Assembly: GCA_041661005.1 (NCBI GenBank)
Contig: JBAZVG010000001.1
Location: 6,019-70,018, forward strand
DNA from: Minisyncoccota bacterium
GTDB lineage: Bacteria > Patescibacteriota > Minisyncoccia > Phycocordibacterales > UBA9973
DNA: 64,000 bases
Reading direction: 5' to 3'
The first letter of the stretch is position 1. Each line of letters opens with the position of its first letter. Position numbers and translations under genes: made by a program. This document shows, piece after piece, positions 47,356-56,660 of this stretch. The notes beneath the pieces were generated by a model. It was not told the DNA's origin, did not search any database, and saw only the letters and a list, made by a program, of their open reading frames with translations.

Positions 47356-47474
47356 GAAAACATGGGCAAGAAAAACATTATGTAAAAGAACAGCTACTAC
47401 TCTATACTTTGGTAGTATAGCATATTAGAGTCCTATTGTCAAGCGTAGATTTATCTTGAAAATATCTATATTTT

Positions 47475-47714
47475 GTGGGCGAGGGGAGACTTGGTCAGGC
47501 ATAATTTTCTGCTGAAAATTTGCACGACCCTGCCTCTTCCGACCTAAAGTCGGAGTCCGGCTTTCTCGTCCTAAAATACTTCGTATTTTACCTCGTGGGC
47601 GAGGGGAGACTTGGTCAGGCATAATTTTCTGCTGAAAATTTGCACGACCCTGCCTCTTCCGACCTAAAGTCGGAGTCCGGCTTTCTCGTCCTAAAATACT
47701 TCGTATTTTACCTC
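47475..47714. repeat. Two perfect 120-bp tandem direct repeats, each beginning with the last 19 nt of tRNA-Leu(TAG) (gtgggcgaggggagacttg on this strand); the intact tRNA follows at 47716
   Basis: Read directly. Period is exactly 120 (47475, 47595, then the tRNA copy at 47715). Each unit also carries the aattttctgctgaaaattt motif and a ccgacctaaagtcggag hairpin. Confidence 0.75.
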
Positions 47715-47715
47715 G

Positions 47716-47797
47716 TGGGCGAGGGGAGACTTGAACTCCCACGGCTTGCGCCACCAGTTCCTAAGACTGGCGTGTTTACCAATTACACCACTCGCCC
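47716..47797 (-). tRNA. tRNA-Leu (anticodon TAG), type II
   Basis: Minus strand: acceptor gggcgag/ctcgccc, anticodon stem ccagt/actgg, loop ctTAGga, long variable arm, T-arm gggag-ttcaagt-ctccc. Confidence 0.85.
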
Positions 47798-47831
47798 AAA
47801 ACTTATTTGACTAGGTCTTGCCTAGTCACTG

Positions 47832-47904
47832 TGCGTCCAGAAGGGATCGAACCTTCGACCTTATCCTTAAGAGGGATCTGCTCTACCAGCTGAGCTATGG
47901 ACGC
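47832..47904 (-). tRNA. tRNA-Lys (anticodon CTT)
   Basis: Minus strand: acceptor gcgtcca/tggacgc perfect, D-arm gctc/gagc, anticodon loop ctCTTaa (a 27:43 G-A mismatch is tolerated), T-arm gaagg-ttcgatc-ccttc. Confidence 0.75.
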
Positions 47905-47943
47905 AAATTATTTATTTTCTAACTAAAAATTTTTATTTAAAAT

Positions 47944-48025
47944 AAAAATTTTGTGCCCGGAGTGGGAGTCGAACCCACATCCCTTACGAGACACCATTTT
48001 AAGTGGTGCGCGTATACCAATTCCG
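47944..48025 (-). tRNA. tRNA-Leu (anticodon TAA), type II
   Basis: Minus strand: acceptor gcccgga/tccgggc, anticodon stem cacca/tggtg, loop ctTAAaa, long variable arm, T-arm gtggg-ttcgact-cccac. Confidence 0.85.
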
Positions 48026-48046
48026 CCATCCGGGCAATCTACAAAA

Positions 48047-48562
48047 TTAACTTTTTATGAAAAGATTATTTCTATCCTTCATCTTATTATGCTGTTTTGT
48101 ATTTCTTCCTCGATGTGTTGTTTGTAGACTGTGACAATTTGGACACAGAATTCTTAAGTTTTCTAATCTGTTGTCATGCCTATCTCCATTGATGTGATCT
48201 AACTCCAGGGGTACTCTACCATCAATCGACATTTTAGCCCAACTACACTCTTCACATTTAGGTTCCTTTAGTTTAACTAAAAAAAGTCTTTTTTTCAACT
48301 TAAAGCTTTGATAGGTACTATTTTTCACTAAAATATCTTTTAAAGCTATGACTGGTATAAATGGCCTTTTTAATCCTTTATTCCAGAGCATTCCTGTAAA
48401 ATGTTTTGTAGATATTTTATATTCTCTTATATATTTTTTTACTTGATCATAATTTCCACCTGCGGGCACTAATCCTAAAATTTTTATTACGTTTCTGTAA
48501 CTTTTAGAATCTTTAACTGCATTTTTTAATTGCTCTTCCGACCAACTTCTTTTTTTAGGCAT
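48047..48562 (-). CDS. HNH homing-type endonuclease (free-standing)
   Basis: ELDHINGDRHDNRLENLRILCPNCH (HNH motif with Zn-binding Cys pairs CEEC...CPNC). It lies between tRNA-Leu(TAA) and tRNA-Cys. Confidence 0.75.
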   Translation of the reverse strand: MPKKRSWSEEQLKNAVKDSKSYRNVIKILGLVPAGGNYDQVKKYIREYKISTKHFTGMLWNKGLKRPFIPVIALKDILVKNSTYQSFKLKKRLFLVKLKEPKCEECSWAKMSIDGRVPLELDHINGDRHDNRLENLRILCPNCHSLQTTHRGRNTKQHNKMKDRNNLFIKS

Positions 48563-48634
48563 AAATTAAAAGGGCACACCGATAGTGTATCATACAATCG
48601 CTTGTATACCTAATAAAATTAGAAGTAATTAAAC

Positions 48635-48709
48635 TGGAGGCCTGGGGCGGAATTGAACCGCCGTATATTCCTTTTGCAGAGGAATGCCTTACCACTTGGC
48701 TACCAGGCC
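48635..48709 (-). tRNA. tRNA-Cys (anticodon GCA), CCA encoded, discriminator U73
   Basis: Minus strand: acceptor ggcctgg/ccaggcc, anticodon stem ttcct/aggaa, loop ctGCAaa, T-arm ggcgg-ttcaatt-ccgcc, then T-CCA. Confidence 0.85.
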
Positions 48710-48729
48710 ATCGATACTTAATTAACTTC

Positions 48730-48775
48730 TTAAAGCCTCTGCGCAGAGGAATGCCTTGCTGTCTTGGCTACCAGG
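48730..48775 (-). other. Degenerate partial copy of the tRNA-Cys 5' half (pseudo-tRNA fragment) just upstream of the intact gene
   Basis: ctgcgcagaggaatgccttgctgtcttggctaccaggcc, compared with the gene's cttttgcagaggaatgccttaccacttggctaccaggcc. Confidence 0.5.
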
Positions 48776-48810
48776 CCGTTTTTAAACTATAACCTATAAC
48801 CTAGAAGCTA

Positions 48811-49134
48811 TCAACTGTTCCGTAGCAGTTCGTCAATTTTTTGTCTGTGTTTTTCTCCGAGGTCGATGGCGATGTCGACGAATGGAATATTTTTTGTGGT
48901 CATTCTTTTCTTGAAAAATTCCCGCAATTCCGGCCTTTTGCGTTTAGCAAATTCCAATGCTGTTTTCTCTTTATCAGTAGGGAACACGGTGATGAATACG
49001 GTTGCGCGTTTCAAATCTGGGGAACAAGTCGCAGAGGTTACCGTAACGAGCGAAGTTCTGTTATTCTCTCGACCCAAAAACTCTGCTGTGAGTTCTTTTA
49101 AATGGTTTGCAACTTTTTCGTTTCTTTCACTCAT
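48811..49134 (-). CDS. rbfA: Ribosome-binding factor A
   Basis: 107 aa. VANHLKELTAEFL...TVTSATCSPDLKRATVFITV matches the RbfA KH-like core. Downstream of infB in the same orientation. Confidence 0.8.
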   Translation of the reverse strand: MSERNEKVANHLKELTAEFLGRENNRTSLVTVTSATCSPDLKRATVFITVFPTDKEKTALEFAKRKRPELREFFKKRMTTKNIPFVDIAIDLGEKHRQKIDELLRNS

Positions 49135-49173
49135 AAAAATTTCAGAAAAGGAACTTTTTGAAAGATTTTCATA

Positions 49174-50694
49174 CTATTTTTGCGCTATGGAAAATAATTC
49201 TACAATGTCGCCTTGCGCAATTTCTATTTTTGATTCGATCATCATGCCGAATTCAAGTCCCTCTTCTACTGTGCTGGTTTTTACTTTATTCTTTTCCAGA
49301 TTTATAATTTTACCTCGCCCGATTTCAAATTCTCGGCGCATGATTTTGACTGTTCCATTCAAGAGCATGCATCCTTCGATCACTTTTCCGCCGACTATCT
49401 GGCGTTCTTTAGTCCGACTGAAGGCTCTGATGATTTTGGCTCGGCCTGTCGTTTCTACTGTTTCGATTCTTGGTCTTCTCTCTTCCATTTGTTCTTCGAG
49501 CCATTCTGTCATTTTGTAAATAATATCAAAAAAGGAAATAGTTATGCCTCTTTTTTGGGCGATCTCGAGGGCGCTTTTGTCGGCTTTTACGTTGAACCCT
49601 ATGACTATGCTATCGCCGCTAGTCGAGATATTCTTGATGTCGGATTCAGAGATCGGACCCACACCCTTTGCTATGATTTTAAATTCTGCGTTATCCATTC
49701 CGCTTTTGCTTTTTATTTTTGCTATTTCTTTTTCAATGGCTTCCAAAGAGCCGGACACATCCGCTTTGAGCAGTATCGGAATCATTTTTTTATTATGGTT
49801 TTGTTCGGAGTTTTCTATTCTGCAGTTTTGCAATTCACATGCCGAGTCTTTGCAATTTTCTGAATATTCGATTGCATCTTGCTTGTCGTCAAAAGCTATA
49901 AAACATCCCCCCACTTTTGGAATTTTATTAAAACCGCAAAGTTTTATCGGCGAGGAAAAAGATGCGCTGTTTATCGTTGTTCCTTTAAAATCTTGTATTG
50001 AGCGGGTGGAACAAACACTGTCTCCTACGGCAACCGTCATTCCTTTTTTTATTGTGCCATTTTTTATAATGAGTGTTGCCATGATGCCTCGTTTGCAGTT
50101 GAGGTTGGCTTCGATCACAAAACCCGAAGCGTTTTCTTCGGTGTTGCCGGTAAAATTTTCCATTTCGGCTAAAATCAAAATTAAAGATAACAGGCTGTCT
50201 ATCCCAACGCCAGTTTTAGCGGATATCTCCGCGTATGGAATTTTACCTCCGTAATTTTCCAAATAGATTTCATTTTCCGCCAATTCCTGTTTTGTTTTTT
50301 CAATGTTGGCGCCTGGTTTGTCTATTTTATTTATCGCAACTATCGAGGGGAGCTTCATCTCGGTAATTGTTTTCCATGCTTCGATCGTCTGTGGTTTTAC
50401 GCCGTCTTCAGCTGAAACGACCAAAATGGCAATGTCGGCGATGAGGGCTCCGCGTTCTCGCATTTTTGAAAAAGCCTCGTGTCCGGGCGTGTCCAAAAAG
50501 GTGATTTTTCTTTCTTTTCCTTCATCATCTTTATGTAGAACCTCATAAGCCGAAATATTTTGAGTAATTCCTCCGGCTTCATCGAGAGTGGTGTTTGTTT
50601 TTCTGATGTAATCAAGAAGGGTTGATTTTCCATGATCTATGTGTCCCATAACCACCACCACTGGTGGTCTTGTTGTATTTTTATTTTCTTGCAT
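49174..50694 (-). CDS. infB: Translation initiation factor IF-2 (short form lacking the long N-terminal region)
   Basis: G-domain VVVVMGHIDHGKSTLLD, DTPGHEAF, NKIDK, and the C-terminal beta-barrel domains. Confidence 0.9.
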   Translation of the reverse strand: MQENKNTTRPPVVVVMGHIDHGKSTLLDYIRKTNTTLDEAGGITQNISAYEVLHKDDEGKERKITFLDTPGHEAFSKMRERGALIADIAILVVSAEDGVKPQTIEAWKTITEMKLPSIVAINKIDKPGANIEKTKQELAENEIYLENYGGKIPYAEISAKTGVGIDSLLSLILILAEMENFTGNTEENASGFVIEANLNCKRGIMATLIIKNGTIKKGMTVAVGDSVCSTRSIQDFKGTTINSASFSSPIKLCGFNKIPKVGGCFIAFDDKQDAIEYSENCKDSACELQNCRIENSEQNHNKKMIPILLKADVSGSLEAIEKEIAKIKSKSGMDNAEFKIIAKGVGPISESDIKNISTSGDSIVIGFNVKADKSALEIAQKRGITISFFDIIYKMTEWLEEQMEERRPRIETVETTGRAKIIRAFSRTKERQIVGGKVIEGCMLLNGTVKIMRREFEIGRGKIINLEKNKVKTSTVEEGLEFGMMIESKIEIAQGDIVELFSIAQK

Positions 50695-50699
50695 ATTTT

Positions 50700-51158
50700 T
50701 TATTTTATTCTTGCTTTGTTCAAAGATTCTTGTTCTTCGATTGAAAGCTCATATTCTGATTTGTTGTTTTTTATAGGTTTAGCAAATACGCTCATTCGAT
50801 CACGAGAATACAAACTTGAAAGCACCACGCCATCGCCCTCTTCGTTTAACATCCCAATCGCAAAACTTTGATTGCTACCCTGGTCAGGAAAAGGATTGAA
50901 GCGGATGGTTTCAAGTCCGCGGATACTTTTTTTTATTTTCGCATTCATTACGGAAATGTTATTCTGCATGTCGGTCTGGGTTTTTTTTAAACTGATAATG
51001 TCATTTTCTATACTAAAGATAGTGTCTTCTAAATCTTTCGCTTTTTTACCTAGAAAGAATCTCTTTAGGCGCTTTTCTGTGACAAAAACCCAAACAGCTC
51101 CAATCAGCATGACAATGCCGGTAAAAACAAAAAAAGCGATTTCAAGCTTTGTATCCAT
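50700..51158 (-). CDS. Hypothetical membrane-anchored protein
   Basis: 152 aa, N-terminal TM plus coiled-coil. Confidence 0.35.
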   Translation of the reverse strand: MDTKLEIAFFVFTGIVMLIGAVWVFVTEKRLKRFFLGKKAKDLEDTIFSIENDIISLKKTQTDMQNNISVMNAKIKKSIRGLETIRFNPFPDQGSNQSFAIGMLNEEGDGVVLSSLYSRDRMSVFAKPIKNNKSEYELSIEEQESLNKARIK

Positions 51159-51183
51159 GTATAGATAATATATACCCGGTAGT

Positions 51184-51260
51184 GAGCTTTAGCAAGGCAC
51201 AAAGAAAGCATGCTCGCAGAGCGAGCGATTGCTAAAGTCTACTAACCGGGTATACTATTT
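51184..51260. repeat. REP-like long hairpin repeat, copy 3 (ends 3 nt before the cysteine desulfurase start codon)
   Basis: cccggtagtgagctttagcaaggcacaaag ... gctaaagtctactaaccggg. Confidence 0.6.
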
Positions 51261-51262
51261 CA

Positions 51263-52552
51263 ATGCCCAAATCAAATAAAGGCTCGACAGAAAAAACAAG
51301 AAAAATATATTTAGATTATGCGTCCAGTGTGGAATCCAATCCAAGTTCTATACACATGGAAGGGGTGCAAGCCAGAGTCAGGCTTCAAAATGCGCGTAGA
51401 GAAGTTGCAGGTGTGCTTGGCGCAAAATCGGAAGAAATAATCTTTACCAGTGGAGGCACTGAGAGCAACAATCTTGCAATTCAAGGTATGGTTTTGTCTT
51501 TGCAGGGAAAAATGTTGCCCCATATTATAACAACAAACATCGAACACCCGTCTGTTCTTGAAACCTTTAAACTTCTTGAAAAAAGAAAACTTGCGCAAAT
51601 TTCCATAGTGCCCGTAGAAGCGAACGGCATTGTGGATCCAAAAAAAATAAAAAAAGAAATTAAAAAAAATACGGTTCTTGTGTCTGTGATGTATGCCAAT
51701 AATGAAATTGGCACTATCCAGCCCATAAGAGAAATTGCAAAAGAGATCAGACATTTTAGAAAGCAAAAGGAAAAGAAGAAAGGTTTTCTCAGGTCCTCGG
51801 TTCCCTGGGTCCCTCCCCCAGCCAGACCATTCCAAAACCTTTCTTCTTTTCCTTTTTTTCATACCGACGCAGTGCAAGCAGGAAACTATCTAGATTTGAA
51901 TGTAGAGAGATTGGGAGTGGATTTGCTCTCGCTTTCTGGTTCGAAAATTTTTGGTGGGGGTAAAGTTGGAGTGCTTTATAAAAAAAAATCTGTGCCTCTT
52001 GCAAATATATTTGGCGGGGGAAATCAAGAAATGGGATTACGTCCGGGCACGGAAAATTTGCCGGAGATTTTAAAATTTTCCAAGGCGCTTCAATTTACAC
52101 AGAAAGTAAAAGAAAAAGAGGCAAAGAGATTAACTAAACTTCGGGATTATTTTATCGCTTCGCTTCATCAAATTTTTTCCTCCTGCGTCCTTCTCGGATT
52201 ACCGAGTGGGACCCTCGGAAATAAAAAATTCGATGAAGCTTCACTCTTTGTAAATGGTGATTTAAAAGATAGATTGCCGAATAATATAAATATTACTATT
52301 CCAAATATTCCAAGCGATCTTTTGGTCATTGAGCTTTCAGCAAAAGGAATAATGTGTTCATCAAAAAGCGCTTGTGAATCCGGCGATGGCAAAGCGTCAT
52401 ATGTTATTAAAGCAATAAATAAAAATATTTCAGAAGAGGACGGCTCTTTGCGGTTTTCATTAGGAAGAGATACCACAAAAGCAGATATTGATTATACTGT
52501 TAAAGCTTTATCACAAATTTTGACTAAATTAGAAAAGTGGTACACCCGGTAG
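51263..52552 (+). CDS. Cysteine desulfurase (class V aminotransferase, NifS/IscS-like) carrying an in-frame ~30-aa insertion derived from a palindromic repeat
   Basis: SGGTESNNLAIQG, HTDAVQAG, SLSGSKIFGG (the PLP-Lys region), and catalytic-loop Cys in SSKSACESG. The segment RKQKEKKKGFLRSSVPWVPPPARPFQNLSSFPF precedes the conserved FHTDAVQ motif, where no insert is expected. Confidence 0.75.
   Translation: MPKSNKGSTEKTRKIYLDYASSVESNPSSIHMEGVQARVRLQNARREVAGVLGAKSEEIIFTSGGTESNNLAIQGMVLSLQGKMLPHIITTNIEHPSVLETFKLLEKRKLAQISIVPVEANGIVDPKKIKKEIKKNTVLVSVMYANNEIGTIQPIREIAKEIRHFRKQKEKKKGFLRSSVPWVPPPARPFQNLSSFPFFHTDAVQAGNYLDLNVERLGVDLLSLSGSKIFGGGKVGVLYKKKSVPLANIFGGGNQEMGLRPGTENLPEILKFSKALQFTQKVKEKEAKRLTKLRDYFIASLHQIFSSCVLLGLPSGTLGNKKFDEASLFVNGDLKDRLPNNINITIPNIPSDLLVIELSAKGIMCSSKSACESGDGKASYVIKAINKNISEEDGSLRFSLGRDTTKADIDYTVKALSQILTKLEKWYTR
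51765..51855. repeat. Palindromic element inside the cysteine desulfurase CDS: 22-bp inverted repeats (aaaaggaaaagaagaaaggtttt / aaaacctttcttcttttcctttt) flanking a 45-nt core homologous to the 12271..12318 core
   Basis: Read directly. Core tcaggtcctcggttccctgggtccctccccagccagaccattc. The flanking IRs are unrelated to those of the 12253 copy. Confidence 0.6.
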
Positions 52553-52616
52553 TGAATTTTGGTAAGGCACAAAGTGCAGCTCGCAAAACGAGCATTGCCA
52601 AAATCTACTAACCGGG
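52545..52616. repeat. REP-like long hairpin repeat, copy 4 (its first arm provides the desulfurase TAG stop codon)
   Basis: cccggtagtgaattttggtaaggcacaaagtgcagctcgcaaaacgagcattgccaaaatctactaaccggg. Confidence 0.6.
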
Positions 52617-52628
52617 TATAATTGAGGG

Positions 52629-53462
52629 ATGGATATCAAGGATTTAAACAAACCACAACTACTGCTTTTGGCTGTGTTGCTTTCTTTTATCACTTCTATT
52701 GCCACAGGCATAACGACGGTGACTTTGATGCAACAAGCACCGGCGTCTTTCACCGTGCCCGTCAATCGTGTCGTCAGACAAACAATAGAAAAAATTCAAC
52801 AAGTGGAAGGCAAAACCACAGTGCAAACTGTCATTGTGAAAGAAGAAGATCTAGTGGTGGATGCTATCGCTAAAAATAAATCAGCCACCTTTGCTGTTAG
52901 TAAAGAATCCCCCGACTTAAATGGGCAGAATGTTGAAGTCTCCATTGGGCGAGGATTCGCGGTTTCCACGGATGGCATAGTTGCAGTTGATAGCGGTTTT
53001 GCAAAAGAGGCTGGGGTTTATTTTTTGAAAAATGATAGCGGGAAGTTCAAAGCTGATTTCTTGCTGGTGGACAAATCCGGTTTTTCACTTCTGAAGATAG
53101 GAGCTCCGCTTGATGAAAAAAGTAAGCCAGTTTTTACCGTGCCAGTTTTTGGTGATTTAAACAAAATGAAAATAGGTCAAAAGATTTTAGTTTTAGGCGA
53201 TACTATATCTTCTTTTATTTTTGAAGGGGATAAGAATATAAAAATTATTAATGTTACAAAATCAAATGCTGGCGCCATCGTGCTGGATCTCGATGGAAAT
53301 GTTTTAGGCATAGCTTTATCTCTCGAAGCTACGTCTTTTGCACCTATTGATGCCATAAAAGATGTCCTGAATGCAAAATTCTCCGAAAATATCAAAACGA
53401 CCATGTCAGCAGCTCCAATACTTGCGCCTTCTACTTCTCCTTCTGTGTCTTCTACGCAGTAA
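52629..53462 (+). CDS. Membrane-anchored trypsin-fold (HtrA-like) protein apparently lacking the catalytic His and Ser
   Basis: GRGFAVSTDGIVAVDSGFA has no His where HtrA has TNNHVV. DKSGFSLLKI retains the Asp. KSNAGAIVLDLDGNVLGIALS has Ala where HtrA has the Ser of GNSGG. Confidence 0.4.
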   Translation: MDIKDLNKPQLLLLAVLLSFITSIATGITTVTLMQQAPASFTVPVNRVVRQTIEKIQQVEGKTTVQTVIVKEEDLVVDAIAKNKSATFAVSKESPDLNGQNVEVSIGRGFAVSTDGIVAVDSGFAKEAGVYFLKNDSGKFKADFLLVDKSGFSLLKIGAPLDEKSKPVFTVPVFGDLNKMKIGQKILVLGDTISSFIFEGDKNIKIINVTKSNAGAIVLDLDGNVLGIALSLEATSFAPIDAIKDVLNAKFSENIKTTMSAAPILAPSTSPSVSSTQ

Positions 53463-53519
53463 GAAAGACCACATACACCAGCTTGACAGCTAGTGTATAA
53501 TCTAAAATATATATATAAT

Positions 53520-56273
53520 ATGCCACCATTAAATAAATTTACAACTAAATCAAGGGATGCGATTAAAAAAGCCCACGAGCTTGCCATCGAACGCGGGGTG
53601 AATCATGTTTCATCAGTGCATTTATTGGCTGCATTGCTTCTCCAAGAAGAGAGCATGGTGAATTCAATTTTGGACAAATTGGAAATCGATACAATGCTCT
53701 TGACTGATTCTATTTTAGAATTGATTGAACTACCTGAAAGTCACAATACTCTCTCTCCCTCTTATCAGATTTATCTCAATCCTGATTTGGCGCAAGTCAT
53801 AGATCAATCAGCTAAATTGGCAGAATCAATGAAAGATGATTTTGTTTCGACTGAACATCTTTTTGTTGCAATATTGGAAGTTGCGAGCGAAGCGCGGGAA
53901 GCTTTGGCACGATTTCGAATCCACAAAGATCCTGTCATGAAAGTTCTGGAAGAATTGCGCAGTCAAAATATCACCGATATCACAGAACCAAAGAAGTTTA
54001 AATTACTTTTGAAATATACTAGAAATTTAACCAAATTAGCAAAAGAAGACAAACTGGATCCGGTTATCGGCAGGGATAATGAAATAACGCGTATCATGCA
54101 GATACTTTCGCGTCGGACAAAGAATAATCCTATTTTGATCGGTGAGGCTGGCACCGGAAAGACGGCTGTAGTGGAAGGTTTGGCGCAAATGATAGTCAAA
54201 AATAATGTTCCGGAATCGTTGAAGGACAAAGAGCTCGTTTCTCTCGATCTTGGACTTCTTGTTGCCGGCACAAAGTATCGCGGAGAATTTGAGGAAAGGC
54301 TAAAGGGTATCATGAAAGAAATCGAACGATCGGATGGAAAAGTGATTCTCTTTATTGATGAAATTCACACTATCGTCGGCGCTGGAGGCGCGGAGGGAAC
54401 GATGGATGCCTCGAATATGTTAAAGCCGGCGCTTTCACGTGGAGAGTTGCGCGCTATTGGCGCGACGACGTTGCGAGAATATCAAAAGCATATTGAAAAA
54501 GATCCAGCTCTAGCTCGGCGTTTTCAGCCTGTATATATTGATGAGCCTAGTGTTGAAGATGCCATAGCCATCCTTCGGGGCTTGAAGGAAAAGTATGAGC
54601 TCTTTCATGGTGTTCGTATTACTGATGATGCCATAATCTCTGCGGTGAATCTTTCTGCCCGCTATATCACAAATAGATTTTTGCCCGACAAGGCGGTGGA
54701 TTTGATAGATGAGGCATCATCTTCTCTTAAAATAATGCTGGAAAACAAGCCACCAGTTTTAGAAGATGCTCATAGAAAAATAATGCGTCTGGAAATAGAA
54801 AAGGAGGCTCTCAAAAAAGAGATTGCTGTTTTAAGCGCAGAGAAAGACAGGGAAGAAAAAGAAAAGGCGAAAGAAAAAAATAATGAGATAAAAAATAGGC
54901 TCAAGGAAGTGGACAAGGAGATAGGTAATTTGCATGAGAAAACAAAGGAGCTCGAACTAAAGTGGCAAAATGAGAAAACAATTGTTGTTGAAGTTCGCGC
55001 CATAAAAAAAGATTTAGAGAGTCTGCGATTGGAGGCGGAAGGCGCTGAGATGAAATCGGATCTTTCTCGCGCGGCTGAAATACGTTATGGAAAGATTCCT
55101 GAATTGAAAAAGGATCTAGAGGCAAAGCTTTTACGATTAAAGAAGTTGCAAAAATCGCGCCGAATTTTAAAGGAAGAAATTACAGCGGAAGATATTGCCG
55201 AGGTGGTGGCTCGATGGACGGGAATACCGCTTACAAAGATGCTTGAAGAGGAACGTGAAAAGTTGGAAAAGATGGAATCGGAATTGAGGAAAAGAGTGGT
55301 GGGGCAAGATGAGGCTATAAAGCGTGTGTCGGATGTTATACGGCGTTCTCGCGCCGGCATAGGAGACCCTAATAGACCTATCGGTTCTTTTATTTTTTTG
55401 GGTCCTACTGGGGTGGGCAAGACAGAGCTCACCAAAGCCCTAGGGCAATTTATGTTTAACGACGATCGAGCGATTATTCGTGTGGATATGTCTGAATACA
55501 TGGAAAGACACTCGGTTTCCAAACTCATCGGCTCTCCTCCGGGATATGTGGGTTATGATGAAGCAGGGCAATTGACGGAATCAGTGCGTCATCGTCCGTA
55601 TGCGGTGATACTCTTTGACGAAATTGAGAAAGCGCATCCGGAAGTTTTTAATATGCTTCTGTCGGTTATTGATGAGGGAAGATTGACTGACGGCAAAGGC
55701 AGAGTGGTGAACTTTAAAAATACCATTATAGTTCTTACTTCTAATATCGGTTCACAATTCGTGGAGAAAATGGAATCAATCGGATTCTCCAATAATTCTA
55801 AAAAACAAGATTATAGCAATATGAAAGAAAAAGTTCTGGAAGCGCTGAAAGACAATTTCCGTCCGGAATTTTTAAATCGTCTCGATGAGATTGTTGTTTT
55901 TGATGTCTTATCGGAATCAGCTATTGCTGAAATAGTTAGCTTGAGAATAAAAGTAGTTGTAGATAGACTAGCAACCAAGGGGATTAATTTCGAGATTTCT
56001 AATGAGGCATTGTCGCATCTAGCAAAAGAAGGTTATGATCCGCACTATGGAGCTCGTCCCTTAAACCGCTTGATTCAGAATAAAATCTTGAACCCTGTTG
56101 CCTCTTATATTATTTCAAACGGAGTAAAGAAAGGGGATACTGTGTTTGTCTCAACAAAGAACAACGAGCTGGTCATTGAAACTAAAAAAGGTAAAAATCA
56201 CCACCGCCTCTGGAGGAGTCCCGCAGAAAGCGGGAAAAGCACATTTCATGTGCGATCTAGGTCGTCGGTTTAA
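53520..56273 (+). CDS. clpB: Chaperone ClpB (AAA+ disaggregase)
   Basis: Clp_N repeats. NBD1 [16 protein letters not shown] long coiled-coil middle domain. NBD2 [14 protein letters not shown] with sensor ARPL. Start chosen at MPPLNKF. The C-terminal ~28 aa extend beyond typical ClpB. Confidence 0.85.
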   Translation: MPPLNKFTTKSRDAIKKAHELAIERGVNHVSSVHLLAALLLQEESMVNSILDKLEIDTMLLTDSILELIELPESHNTLSPSYQIYLNPDLAQVIDQSAKLAESMKDDFVSTEHLFVAILEVASEAREALARFRIHKDPVMKVLEELRSQNITDITEPKKFKLLLKYTRNLTKLAKEDKLDPVIGRDNEITRIMQILSRRTKNNPILIGEAGTGKTAVVEGLAQMIVKNNVPESLKDKELVSLDLGLLVAGTKYRGEFEERLKGIMKEIERSDGKVILFIDEIHTIVGAGGAEGTMDASNMLKPALSRGELRAIGATTLREYQKHIEKDPALARRFQPVYIDEPSVEDAIAILRGLKEKYELFHGVRITDDAIISAVNLSARYITNRFLPDKAVDLIDEASSSLKIMLENKPPVLEDAHRKIMRLEIEKEALKKEIAVLSAEKDREEKEKAKEKNNEIKNRLKEVDKEIGNLHEKTKELELKWQNEKTIVVEVRAIKKDLESLRLEAEGAEMKSDLSRAAEIRYGKIPELKKDLEAKLLRLKKLQKSRRILKEEITAEDIAEVVARWTGIPLTKMLEEEREKLEKMESELRKRVVGQDEAIKRVSDVIRRSRAGIGDPNRPIGSFIFLGPTGVGKTELTKALGQFMFNDDRAIIRVDMSEYMERHSVSKLIGSPPGYVGYDEAGQLTESVRHRPYAVILFDEIEKAHPEVFNMLLSVIDEGRLTDGKGRVVNFKNTIIVLTSNIGSQFVEKMESIGFSNNSKKQDYSNMKEKVLEALKDNFRPEFLNRLDEIVVFDVLSESAIAEIVSLRIKVVVDRLATKGINFEISNEALSHLAKEGYDPHYGARPLNRLIQNKILNPVASYIISNGVKKGDTVFVSTKNNELVIETKKGKNHHRLWRSPAESGKSTFHVRSRSSV

Positions 56274-56660
56274 AGGAAATGAAAAACAAAAAACCCGTCT
56301 TGCGACAAGTTTTTTTGTTGCGGGACGGGATGATTAAGGTTTTTTCCTCTGTCCTGACTTCAATTCCTTACCAAGGGCTTGAAGATCAAGCAGCAATTTA
56401 TGCAACGAGGAATCCAAAGTGCCGTTTTGGTGTCTGCGATATCGCCGGCGACCAAGATTTCTGCCTGCGATTTTGCAAAGGCCAATAGGGATGAGGTTGG
56501 TTTTCATATTGTGCTAGCTGATTTCTTTTGTTGATCAACATTGTAGTTGCAACAATCGTGTTTTCCACTAAAGTATCATCTAATCTTTATAAAATGTTAA
56601 AATGAATATGTAGTAGAGTAGTCAATTGCAACTTATTCTAGATAGTGTTATCATTAGATA

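Noticed and set aside
47425-47754. ORF 47425..47754 (-) encoding a repeated RPRGKIRSILGRESRTPTLGRKRQGRANFQQKIMPDQVSPRP peptide
   Set aside because: It is a translation of the 120-bp tandem repeats plus the tRNA-Leu 3' end. The internal periodicity equals the DNA repeat.
53493-53519. Upstream start (MYNLKYIYN) for clpB
   Set aside because: The conserved Clp_N domain begins at [11 protein letters not shown], and the upstream 9 codons are AT-rich promoter-like sequence (tataatctaaaatatatatataat).
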